This document shows positions 27,312 through 40,600 of a stretch of DNA of 64,000 bases, in pieces. This stretch comes from Mytilus californianus. Taxonomy: Eukaryota. The notes beneath the pieces were generated by a model. That model saw only the letters and a list, made by a program, of their open reading frames with translations. It was not told the DNA's origin and ran no database searches. The position numbers were made by a program, and so were the translations under genes. The stretch lies in NCBI RefSeq assembly GCF_021869535.1, contig NW_026262690.1, forward strand, positions 52,948,001 through 53,012,000, read 5' to 3'. The first letter of the stretch is position 1. Every line of letters starts with the position of its first letter.

Positions 27312-30300
27312 TACGGAAGCCGATAAGGGCCATTAAAAAAAAAAAATTATGTCGTAATTACGACATAGCATGTCGTAATTTCGACATAACATGTCGTTAT
27401 AACGACATCGCTATGTCGTAATTTCGACATAACATGTCGTTATAACGACATCGCTATGTCGTAATTTCGACATAACATGTCGTTATTTCGATATCACTAT
27501 GTCGTAATAACGACATAGCTATGTCGTAATAACGACATCGCTATATATATATATAAGAATATGTATTATGATTGCCAAGAGACTTAATGACACAGAAATT
27601 AACAACTATAAGTCATCATAATGCCCTCAATAATGAGAAAAGCCCCCGCATAGTCAGCTATAAAAGAGGGACTAAAGATACCAGAGGGAGAGTCCCCGAC
27701 ATGACAGCTGTTTAACAATTTAATTCAAACGAGTGAAAATAACGGTTTTAATAATGTACAAACAAAGACCGGAAAACGAATATGTAACACAGCAACAAAT
27801 GACAACCACTGAATTACAGACTCCTGACCGCTATGTGATAATAACGGCAACCTTATAGTTAAACTTTTCACTTTTTGATGCGATAGGCATTTCAAAATGG
27901 TTGTCAGTAAAGGCAAAGTTTGTAGCGGAAACAAATTTATCTTTTCTTTTTTTTTAGAATAATGAACACTATATGCAATCAAGCTTAATTAAAGTTATTC
28001 ACTTGCACCTCAGACTTGCACATACTAGAACTTTATTTATAATCAAGTCAAATGAGACCCAGTTGAATAGGGGAGCAATTCAAGCTCCTTGGAGCCTCTT
28101 ATTATGTTTGGCATGTACAGATTTGTGTAAATTATGAAGTCCTGCATTTCCATTGCAGGTTCTGAATAAGATGAATTTTAAGCTTTTCCCAATAAAGACT
28201 ATGTTAAACTTTGGACTCATAGTGCTCAGACCCACGGATCTCTGTACCTTCATTTGTACACACTTGAATCTTAATGTACAGTAACTCCTGAGGCTTGATG
28301 CAAATTATTACTGCATTGCTATTGTTGGTTCTTAATGAGATTCTTCAAGCGTCCTCCCCATTGAAGCCCTATTAAAACTTTGTACCCCAAGTTCTTTTAA
28401 CCACTTTTCCCCAGGGCAACTATTCCTACAAACTTAAGGGGAGGGTTAGGATCCCGCTAACATGTTTAACCCCGCCACATTCTTTATGTATGTGTATGTC
28501 CCAAGTCTTTAATTTACATATTTGTTTTTCGTTTATTTTTGTACATAAATTAGACCGCTAGTTTTTCTCGTTTGAATTGTATTACATTTGTCATTTCGGA
28601 GACTTTTATAGCTGAATATGCGGTATGGGCTGTGATCATTGTTGAAGGCCGTACGGTGACTTTAATTGTAAATTTCTGTGTCATTTGGTTTCTTGTTGAG
28701 AGTTGCGTTTTTGAACAAACCAGCGTATCCCAAGGCCTTGATAACCTCTGTAGGCCCCAAATAAGACGAAAAAAACATCAAAATTGGAGAGAAAACTGAA
28801 AAAAATGGTTTCTAACCTCAGGGATATTAACCCTTGGCTATCTTAGATTTAATGCAATCAGTATGCATCAGCATCAGCATCAGCATTTGCATATCATTTG
28901 CATATTTTTACAAATACACGAAATTTAGACAATTTCTGATAACAATTCAGCATGCCAAGGGTTAATATCCCTGAGGTTAGAAACCATTTATTTTCAGTTT
29001 TCTCTCCAATTTTGATGTTTTTTCGTCTTATTTGGGGCCTACAGAGGTTATCAAGGCTTTGGGATACGCTGGTTTGTTCATAAACGCAACTCTCCACAAG
29101 AAACAAAATGACACAGAAATTAACAATTATAGGTAACCGTACGGCCTTCAACAATGATCACAGCCCATACCGCATAGTCAGCTATAAAAGGCCCCGAAAT
29201 GACAAATGTAATACAATTCAAACGAGAAAAACTAGCGGCCTATTTCATGTACAAAAATAAACGAAAAACAAATATGTAAATTAAAGACTTGGGACAGACA
29301 CATAAATTAAGAATGTGGCGGGGTTAAACATGTTAGCGGGATCCCAACACTCCCTCTAAGTTTGTAGAAATAGTTGTCCTGGGGAACAGTGGTTAAAAGA
29401 ACTTGGGGTACAAAGTTTAAATAGGGCTTCAATGGGGAGGACGCTTGAAGAATCTCATTAAGAACAAACAATAGCAATGCAGTTATAATTTGCATCAAGC
29501 CTCAGTAGTACATTAAGATTCAAGTGATTACAAATGAAGGTGCAGAGATCCGTGGGTCTGAGCACTATGAGTCCAAAGTTTAACATAGTCTTTATTGGGA
29601 AAAGCTTAAAATTCATCTTATTCAGAACCTGCAATGCCAAACATAATTAGAGGCTCCAGGGAGCTTGAATTGCTCCCCTATTCAACTGGGTCTCATTTGA
29701 CTTGATTATAAATAAAGTTCTAGTATGTGCAAGTCTGAGGTGCTAGTGAATAACTTTAATTAAGCTTGATTGCATAAAGTGTTCAATATTCTCAAAAAAA
29801 AAAGATGAATTTATTTACGATACAAACTTTGCCTTTACTGGCGACCATTTTGAAATTCCTATCGCTTCAAAAAGTGAAAAGTTAAACTATAAGGTTGTCG
29901 TTATTATCACATAGCGGTCAGGAGTCTGTAATTTAGTGGTTGTCATTTGTTGCTGTGTTACATATTCGTGTTTCGGTCTTTATTTGTACATTATTAAAAC
30001 CGTTATTTTCACTCGTTTGAATTAAATTGTTAAACAGCTGTCATTTCGGGGACTCTCCCTCTTGTATCTTTCGTCCCTCTTTTATAGATGACTATGCGGG
30101 GGCTTTTCTCATTATTGAGGGCATTATGATGACTTATAGTTGTTAATTTCTGTGTCATTTAGTCTCTTGGCAATCATAATACATATTCTTTTATATATAT
30201 AGCGATGTCGTTATTACGACATAGCTATGTCGTAATTACGACATAGTGTTGTCGTAATTACGACTTGTTATGTCGAAATTACGACATAGCGATGTCGTTA

Positions 30301-30495
30301 TAACGACATGTTATGTCGAAATTACGACATAGCGATGTCGTTATAACGACATGTTATGTCGAAATTACGACATAGCGATGTCGTAATAACGACATGTTAT
30401 GTCGAAATTACGACATAGTGATGTCGTTATTACGTCATGTTATGTCGTAATTACGACATAAAATTTTTTTTGAATGGCCCTTATCGGCTTCCGTA
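27312..30495. mobile_element. Fold-back non-autonomous DNA transposon, IS3EU-like ends, 3184 bp; arms 27312-28838 and 28954-30495, 115-bp spacer
   Basis: Ends TACGGAAGCCGATAAGGGCC...GGCCCTTATCGGCTTCCGTA. Direct repeat CACTCC at 27306-27311 and 30496-30501 (6-bp TSD). The arms are reverse complements along their length; no coding capacity seen. Confidence 0.85.
27347..27545. repeat. Subterminal tandem array of palindromic TGTCGTAATTACGACA-type units (left arm; mirrored at ~30200-30460)
   Basis: About 43-bp repeats made of two self-complementary 16-mers; more copies in the right arm than in the left. Confidence 0.85.
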
Positions 30496-33400
30496 CACTC
30501 CCTATTGGCATTGACGTCTTTTAATCAAGGTGGGGCTTTGACTGCCAAGATTCAAATCATTTGCCTCACCAGAAATAAAATTTAAGTTACGCTACTGTCG
30601 ATTGATTGATAGTTGGTTGCTTAACGTCCAGTGGCAAATATTTCATGCATAATTAACGTGTAGAGAGCGTGACATTCTCTCTACAAGAGGCATCCGATTT
30701 AACGTCCCCACTCTGACCGAACGGGACTGTGTACTTGTACATCCCGCACAACCAAACGGACTCCCCACTTTGGCAATGGTTTAACTGCCGATCGGAACAA
30801 GACCAATAGTGACTATATTTTTATTCCCCCGATCACCTTTGAGTGGTTACTGTCGAGGCGAGCGCGCGACCAAAGAGACAGTTATGAATATGGAAGATAC
30901 ATGTACATGTACGTGTATTAATCAAAACATTTGCAACAAGAATGTGTGGCCTTAAGACACCGTGCCCCTTCACATGATCATATTTCCATGTTCAGTGCAC
31001 CACTTAATCCGGGTCAAACTCTAATTTGGTATATAATTTTAAACGTTTTATATTTTGAACAAAACAGAAGAACGGACGGATGCACAGACCAGTAAATATA
31101 ATATCCCCTTGCTATCATTCATAAGTTGGTCCTAAAACTAAAATGATCATCCTACTTAACAAAACTTCAATCAAATATTCCGTACATATCCGTTTTTCAT
31201 ACGTATTTGTATAAGTTAAACGCCAAACATTTTAGAATAACAATTTAAGAGCACTGACGTTAAATTACGCATACGTTTTTACGGGCTCTTCCTAGAATCC
31301 ATGCATCATTATAATTAAAGACAAGATATAACAAAAAATTAACTGATTCAGTAAAGTGTAATCATATTTTTTCTTGAAGATGCTTCCTCATAAATTCCAT
31401 TTGATAAAATTCTACGGAAAGGTGACAAAGTACTATCAGAAAGATGCATCAGTGATCTGAATTTTTACCTTTGACAAAAGTATCTTGAAATAAATTATAG
31501 AAGTATGCTATGAAAAAAAAGAAGAAAGTCGTGTACACCTTTTAACTTCCGGCATGTTTGAAACTCTTGTTTTAATCTTATATCTTTTAAATCAAAAATG
31601 AGAATATGATCTCGCTTCAGATTCCATTATTTTTATTTTTTCAAAATTCATTTTGATTTAGTATCTTTTAGAATTCATCGTTTGAGGGATAAGTATATGG
31701 GTCAAGTGAAATGACGAAGTAATGATCGGTGCATTTGATTACCGGTAACTGTAATGAATTATGAATTAATTATTCCCTTTAAAGGTTGTTGTCAATGAAA
31801 TAATCCCAAATTTAATAACAAAATATGTAAAGAATTGAAAAAGTAGTTGGTGCTAATTTCTAAATAGCATCGATTCCAACAAAGTATGTGTATTCAACGA
31901 GCCAAAAATTCATGCAGTTTATGCTCCCCTCCGTCATCCTTCAATGCAATAGGCCGAGATACGGTCAGATAGGTTGGTTATGTCGAGTAATGTCATTTTA
32001 TTGGAAATCTCTATTAGGTTATAAATGTATCGCAAAAAGAGGTAGAAGATAGCAAAGGGCAATCAACACTCATAAATTAAGACAAATTGACAACGTCATG
32101 GCAAAAAAGAAAGACCACGAAAAGATTAACAAGTTAACAAAAATAAAAATTAAACTGAGCATCACGACCCCCACCAAAAACGTGGGGGATCTCTGGTGAA
32201 CCGGATGGGTAGGTAAATCCTGTTCTGCTAGTGGGACCCGCCGCGTTACTTATGGTAAGTACAATCCATGAAAAGAATACGGAATTGTGCGATAGAGGAA
32301 AACAGTGCAGGCATGTGACTACGAAAAGAGACACTACAAGCCCTGAAATATCGTATCAACTGGAAATATAATTGAAGGTTCTATAGGCAAAAACAAAGAG
32401 GGAACAGATACTAAGGAAGCGATCGAAAATCGTACGTCGAAAAAATAACACACAACATCATAACAAAAATGAAAATTGAAGAGAGAAAAACAATTGCCCA
32501 CACTACACAGAATTAAAAGACTGAGCAACACGAACCAAACCAAACAGGGGGATGAACACATAAATGTTGATTCAAATACTTAAAACTATTACTTACTTTT
32601 AGAATTTTGAACTTGGCAAATTACTGAAGTTTATTCAAGCAATTTTTTTTTCTGAATCTGTGTTTGCTCTACTTACATCTTGACTTCTTAGTCTGTTAGA
32701 AATACACATCTGCTGAAGAAAATTAAAGTCAATAATTCATTTCACGTTTCTATCATATTTTTATGAAAACTGAATATTTAGTACAGTGGAGTTTTCATGT
32801 TTGTATTTCCTTCCCTTTTATATATATAAAACTGAGGGGGTGGACAGCTTTTGAGGGAGGTGGGAGGGGGGCGGGAGGTGGGAGACAAAAAATAGGTGGG
32901 GGAGAAAAAAATATTCTAAAAGTGGGAGGTGAGAGATAGGGGCGGGAGGTGGGAGAAGGGTACCCCCTGTCCACCCCCTCATAACTATCTCAATCATCTA
33001 TATAACAGTAACGGTGCCAATTTTCTGCACCAGATGCGCAGTTCGACAATAAATATCTCTTCAGTGATGCTCGAGTCTAAACTATTTGAAAATCAAAAAC
33101 TTATTGAAAAAAAGAAGAGCTTATAAATGACAAAAAGTAAAACCAAAGCCGGCCAAGGAACCAAAGCCGGCCAAGGAACCAAAGCTTTACATGAGAGAGA
33201 TACACTTAATTAAAATATTCCTTAATTTCAAAATAATTTTCACAAAATTTTGTAACAGAAACGTTTGTATGTTGTGTTAAATTTTATGCAAATTATAATT
33301 TGTGCAGATTCTTTGCACGAGTTTTAAGTATTTTGCGAACCTCTTATTTTGGTTTCACTTGTGTCATATGTGCATGACTACACAATACGGTCTCGCACAT

Positions 33401-36400
33401 AACACCGATCCAAAGTTTTTATAAGAAATGATAACATATTTTGGGGACACAGAATCTGATATAAGTAAAACAAATGTAAATAGAATTTAACCCAATTTTG
33501 TCCTCATGTGTAGCTTTTATTCAATAGAACACAATTCTCAATGAAGATTGAAGTAAACAAATTTGAGAATAAAACACCAGGCTACTGGTTACTGATATAT
33601 TGTACAAAAAAATGGTACAAATTATACGTTTTACATTTGTTTTAACTTCTACTTAATATGTATAGACTGTTGTTTGTCGTTCCGTTCTAGAAAATCAAGT
33701 GTGTTTCACCCCCTCCCGAAGCGAATGACGATAGATATGTGCTATTGAGTGAATAAAATAATTTTGCATTTTTAAAAATATTACGAAGGGCCATGAAAAT
33801 TGAAAAAAAAAGTTAGATTATAGATTTAACAGCATTTAGCTTTTCACGGACTTTCCAAAATATTTTTCTGAAAATAAAATGGGAGGACAAACATATTACT
33901 TCTCCCACATGTATAGACACATTTGAAGGTACATGTATGCAATTTCTCAAACATATCATAATAACAAAAATTCTGTCTGTTTCTTTATTTTTCTAATTAT
34001 TATCTTACATGTATGTTAAAAAATCGATACTATTGATTGGCTAGAAGCATTCACGAGGCATTTCAATATCAAATTATATTTCTCCATAAAATTCAACATT
34101 CATGACAGCGCGTGCTTCTCATGACAGCGTCACAACAATGCATAGAAAAACAAACGAAAAATTAGCTATAAATCGTAATTTGATGGTTGTATACGTAAAC
34201 ATTAACTAAAAGAATTAAATGCTGCTTTTTACAAAGGATGACCTTCAGGTCATTCCGATGTATTGCTATCGCCTAAATTTCCATTATGCAAATTAGTTTT
34301 GGGATTTCAACCGATCTATAAAAATTATAGATCCGCGGTCATTACAAGGGAAAAAAGTGCATTTTTATACCTGCGATTCCGTTTTCCGTTCGTACGATGT
34401 TTCATCAAAAAATGGAATCATTTCAGTTGTTGATTTAGTACTGAAAATTTTACTGAATTATCTCCTTTTAAATACGGTTTTATATGTTTAATTGGTGTTT
34501 AAGAAAGAGGTCAGGTGCTCATGTTCATTCATAAAATTATCGTTCATTCATTCATGAATTTATCGTAAAATCAAAATCACTACACAGGTCACACAGGTTG
34601 TATACGTAATGTCAAATGATTACTACCTGTAATCTAAAAATAAACAAACTTAACTGACACCCCTTACTATAGTGTGTGATAACATTTTGTGAGGAAATTC
34701 GATGTTTGCTATACCACTGTTCATTTCAACGCACTTTATGACGATACCACTTTATCAATATGAATGAAATTTTTTGCAGTGTTTTAAGAAATAATTTTAC
34801 TTTAAAATCGCGTATCATTTGTGAACTATTAAATGTTTTACAAGGACGAATTTTCTGTATAAAGTCAATAATTGTGTGAACTTTTGAAGCCCAAACTTTT
34901 TATAGCCTTAAATACGCTAATGAAAGATCCGAAAACTATACCCATACAGAACGACATGTTTTTGAAATTGTAGCAAAACTTTTGGTTGACAAATTTTAAT
35001 TCGTTATTGCATAAATATTAACTTGAAATATCTGTCATTTTCTCCCTAACAAGTTTACCCCTATTACTCATTATGATGTGGACTGGACATTGTTATTGAA
35101 TCTTATGCAATTTGATTGGATTAAGTTATTATTAGATTACCTTCAAACTGTTCATGCTTTTTCGTACGAGTATATCGATTAAATCAGAGCGTGCATGAAT
35201 GTGTACAGTAAATTAAATGACCTGCAAACTGGACACTGGACCAGTCCATATTACGTTTTATCAATGAATAGATTTTTTTTTTTGTATTTTCCAAATTACA
35301 GGGCCCATAAAGGGCATAAAATCAGATACAATTGATTTACATAATTGGTAACAACAACAATAATAGCGGTATATGAATGAAACTTAAGGTATGAAAGGTA
35401 ACAATTGCCACTTTTTATCTTTTCACATAATTTTCCACATACACATTAGATAAATTATTTTTGATAGCCTATTGCGGAGAAAAAAGAGAAAGTTTACTGT
35501 ATTAACGTTCTATTCCATTAAATACGCCATTTTTCGCAGAAAAACATTTTATGCACGGCTACGCCAGGTAAAATTGTTGTTTATCCTAACAAAAAAATAC
35601 AATTTTCAGTTTCATTAGAATATTATAATAATAATAAATCCCAAATTTATGTAGTCATTAGATAAAGTCCTTATATGTCCGATCTGCCTATTTTTGGACA
35701 TCAAAAGACAATACGATCGTTTTAAGGTCAATTTCGTCTACCTCACACAATCTTGTTAGGCACTATAATGAAATGGACCTGAAATTTATTTCACATGTTT
35801 CCTGAAAATTGATAAAAATCAAAGCAACATAGAGCTGTTTGTTCTAGTTCGTATAATGACAATTTAATGTCATGTTTGTTTGTGATGACCCCCCTTTTCG
35901 GGATTGCATCAGAATTATAGTTATCTCGTATCGCATGAGGATGACACATATCAACTGAGCAATTATGTTTGGGACTTAGTTTTAAGAAATGATGTCAAAG
36001 TAACATTATGAAAATATTTTTAGTAAGCTGAAATGTATATTTATTTTTTACATGTTTATATGTCTTGTAAGATATTTTATTTCTTGCCCGTTTTTCAACA
36101 TTTGCGTCTGGAAAGTTGAAATGTTTTAACTGAATGGTTAAATTAAATTAATTATGAAAATTGTTAAAATTAAATCAATAAAGGAAATTATTGCCCAGTT
36201 ACAAACACTACCAGGGGTCAATCCATATTGATTTTTTTTTTAGTTATATGTTTCAGCACATGTATAATTAACCCCAACTTTAGCCTTGTAAACTTGTTGT
36301 CTCCTTGTGAAATATAAAACATATTTAAAATGATTTCCTGCTAAAGTCTTTTATTGATATAAAGTTAAAACCGTCTTGCTTCTCACTAGTCAACACTCCT

Positions 36401-37539
36401 GTCCTGTCAGGTTTAATTCTTATATATATGGATGAAAAATAAAAGTCCACAAAGCATTAACATGGCAGCAATTGCTTTTACAGCCTTTAAGGCTTTGATT
36501 TTTTTTACAGAAGAGTGTCCACCATGCACTTGCACTGCACTATAATAATAGTAGAATAGAATGATATACAAATAGATGAAAATTATATATACATGCAACC
36601 GTAATATTAATATAATATATAACAAACCAGTGTATTCTCTGGAACTATTATTATATTAGTATAATAGTCTAAGGTATACTGATTTGTATCACTACAATAT
36701 AATAGCTATTACGGTGAGGTTGAATTTCCTGTCATTTATTCATCATCCAAGCAGGAACTTGTATCAGAAAAAAAAATCTCTGTAAATTAACCTCAGTTTC
36801 AGGTATAGAGATGTGATCTGTTTCTGTGACATGTGCTTTTGACCATACACAAGAACCTGCGGTCATCCGATGTTCAGTACTTCAGTACTTTGATTGTAAT
36901 TTTATAGTGTTGTTTTAAAAGCGTTGATCGTGCGCACATTTTAAATATGAATTCATACAAAATGTTCTTCGGTCAACGCTTTTACAATCCAATAAAATTA
37001 TAAACATGTTTAATTCTTAAATATATATGCTATATTTAAATGAATCCGGTAAACATTGGACATGCATAAAAGCTGAGAGTTTAATTATAATATAACACTT
37101 AAAACTGATAAAATACGTTTATCTATTAAGTGTTTGTGTGTATGCGTGTTCAAATTGAGATATTTATTAATTCATAATAATGATTATCGGTTTATCGATT
37201 TGTCGTTCTTTAGAGGGTTTTTAAATTTTCAACATTATTGCCGTTAAATGTAAACGACCGAGTAAGAATGGTTATTGAAATTCGATCGACACTAATTGTC
37301 TAGCAATCATAGCTAGATAATTCTATCAAACATTTAAATAACTGGACCGAATTAAGGTACATAAATGGGGGGAACACTTATATCATCACTTTGATATTTC
37401 TACTAGCATTTCCCGCAAGATATATTGCACTGAAAATAAGATAAAATTAATTGTCTGAAATTATTTAAACCATTTCTTGTTGAGAAAAAACAAATAATAA
37501 TTCATAAATGGTTGTATATTGAACGTGTAAACGTGCAGC

Positions 37540-37597
37540 GCCTCGTCCAATGGTATATGAATGTTTAAACGTTGTTTTTGACAACAAAGCGGAAGTA
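37540..37597 (+). promoter_or_regulatory. Putative proximal promoter of gene 3 (CCAAT box and ETS-like GCGGAAGT)
   Basis: gtccaatgg at ~37546 and gcggaagt at ~37589 lie within 90 nt upstream of the ATG mini-exon. Motif match only. Confidence 0.35.
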
Positions 37598-37627
37598 GTT
37601 TTTTTTTTTTGAGTTTAGGGCATCAAC

Positions 37628-40600
37628 ATGGTAAGTGTCAATTTACTTAAATCGGTAATTAGAAATTAGACAGTATATTAATTCATTAAATATCATATTT
37701 TCCCCAAAATAAGACAATTTGTTTGCAACTTGAGGAAATCGCTACATGTTTAATCTCATTCATTTCACATTTTTATTACACACATTCCGAGAGGTCAGAT
37801 TTCTTGTGCATGATATTGCATTTCCTTAACACAATAGCATTTTGATCTTTTCTTCGAAAAATCAAGTGTCACAGCTTTACGGGTCGAAAAGACGATATCG
37901 AGATTATATGTTTACACAAAACATGTTTTCACAAAACATGTTTTACCCCGCCGCATTTTTGTGCCTGTCCCAAGTCAGGAACATCTGCGACTCTTTTCTC
38001 AAAAAATCTTACGATTAAAATTGATCATAAGTTATACTGAAATGTATATGACTTACGAGTATTTTTACTCTTAAGATTTTTGTGAAAAGATCAGCAGGCC
38101 TTTGTTAGTCTTGTATGTTTTTTTAATTTTGGATATGTTTCGAAGTATAGCGTGACGTCCATTCTCGCTGAACTAGTATACGTTATTGTTTAGGGGTCAG
38201 CTAAAGCCCGCTTTAGGATGCGGGATTTTCTCGCTGTGTTGAAGACCCATTGGTGGCCTTGGGCTTTTTCTGCTTTTTGGTCGTGTTGTTGTCTCTTTGA
38301 CACATTTCCGGTTTCCATTTTTAATTTAATGTTGTTTGAAGTTAGATTGTTTTGACCTTGCTGTATCAATACAATTATCGACGCGTATAACACGTATCTC
38401 TCTCTCTCTTTCTTTATCTTCCTCTCCATCCCGTAAAAACATCATATATATTTCACAAAACCTCTGTTTATATTTCAATAATTTTATTGTATTGCAGGAC
38501 ATTGTCTTTAAAAAAACCAAAGAAAAACAAAACAATTATGAAACAGAGTTATGAATATCCTTTATTTTAATGACAAATTTCAGACATTCAGTTTGCGACG
38601 AATATATGTTATAGTTATTGAACAAGCAAATCGGTATATGTCATTTAATCTGCACGCCTCGGGTGACCCAACTTGACCTGAACGACGTGGGAGTTTGGGC
38701 TAAAGGGTCATCCCGACCGTGTATATTAAATGACATAACCGATATTGTATTACTAGTTGTCTGGAGGAGTGGGAAGAAATTGTAGTGCATTGAATTACAA
38801 ATATACATTAATAATCCATTCCAAGAGACAAAGGAGTTACATATTATACTCTTCTATAGAGAAAAAAATAAACAGATAAATGTAAAGCTACTACCTCCAT
38901 CCCAGCAATATTTAAGTGGGGACTCAGTATCTATACTGCATCGTTACACTGGCCGAAATTGACAGACGTATGACTCCCCCGTTTTATTTGATTTGGCAAA
39001 TTCTACTAAATAATATCAATGAAAGTGCTTTAACTTATTTAACGATTTTTTTTTGTAAAGGGCTTATATTTAAAATGCTTTCTGCGAATGAAATTGATTA
39101 TTTTTATTATTTTATGATGTATGTATTGTATATATATAGATCTATAATTGAAAATATCAATTTTCTCTGTAACTATGACATGTAGTTTTATGAGAATAAA
39201 GTTTATTCAACATAGATATCTTACATTATGTTTGTTTGATACTGGACTTCCTTTCGTCATATGTGTCGTTATGTTGCTATCTAATTGACAGTTACCCCAC
39301 ATATACCTTTAATCGTATTAATAGTCATATTCGTAGAAGTCAAAGGCGCAAATGATTAAGAGAGTCGTATACCGGGTCAAATTAGTGTTCACATGTTTGA
39401 ATATTGTATATAGTCGTTATAAGCAATGGACAAAGGTTCGTCGTCTTCTATAAAATTTGGTGTTGGTTGCATATCTTTGGCAGTCTCTGTTCAATAATTC
39501 ACAATTTCAAACGATTTTGGTTACACTTTCCATAATTGAAAATAAATATTTGGTTTTTTTTTCTTACATAAGAGCAAAGCATTCGATAGAGTTTGACATT
39601 AAGGTCTTAATCATAAATTATAAAAAGTAGGAATATCTGGTTCAATATTGAATTGGTTCCAAAACTGTTTATTTGAAAATGTCTACTGTGTGCATACACA
39701 GTAGTTGATTGTGGTTCCTCTGATATTTTTGTTCTTTATAAATTATATATCGACAACTTGTATATCAAAATTGAATTGTTTGCTGATGATACTTCTTTGT
39801 ACTTTGTTGTAGATTATCGCATGGAAGCTGCTATCACCCGTTTTTCTCATCAATAATAATATTTTACTTTGAAATTCAGTTAATTAACATCCATTCCGCG
39901 CACACCTACACACACACACCTACACACACACGCAAATTTTCTAATGGTCAACATTAAATTTTCACATGCTTAATTTCTATTGCAGAGCAACCTTTCGGAG
40001 GAAACTATTGCAGGTAAAAGCAATTATTAATAAACATATAATTAACAAGACTATCTAATATAAAACTGGGATTTAATATTTGTTCAGTACTTATAGAAAT
40101 GCAATCATATTGAAATGAAATGAAAAAAAGAATTAATGAATTAATTTTATAAATACAATACAATACATAAATCTTTGACAAATGAAATAGAATACATATT
40201 CGCTTGAAGTTTTACAAGGTAAATATTGTTTGTTATTGTTAAAAACTTATATTATAGAATTTAAAGAAGCTTTTGGTTTGTTTGACAAAGACAATAATGG
40301 CCAGATTACGAGTTCGGAACTTGGAACAGTAATGAGATCTTTAGGGCAAAATCCAACGAATGCTGACATTACAGATATGATAAATGAAGTAGATAGTGAC
40401 GGTAAGGTTCTGAACAACAGTACTGTTCAATGTTCTATAGTCCCAAACAGGTATACTGTGTAATGTTCTATAGTCCCAAACAAGTAAACTGTGTAATGTT
40501 ATATAGTCCGAAACAAATATACTGTTTAATGTTCTATAGTCCAAAACAAATATACTGTGTACTGTTCTATATTCCCAAACAAGCATACTGTGTAATGTTC

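Noticed and set aside
27347-27545. CRISPR-like look of the palindromic tandem units, and of the 46-bp and 72-bp repeats
   Set aside because: No unique spacers, eukaryotic context; they are transposon subterminal repeats or simple minisatellites.
32830-32960. G-rich tract with G-quadruplex potential; also the poly-G run at ~25533-25554
   Set aside because: Probably ends of small repeat elements; not near a supported promoter and no evidence of function.
36413-36625. Minus-strand 70-aa ORF, and a possible + strand 40-nt exon (ttttacag|36511-36550|gtaag)
   Set aside because: No recognisable homology or partner exons; splice-like motifs are frequent by chance in AT-rich DNA.
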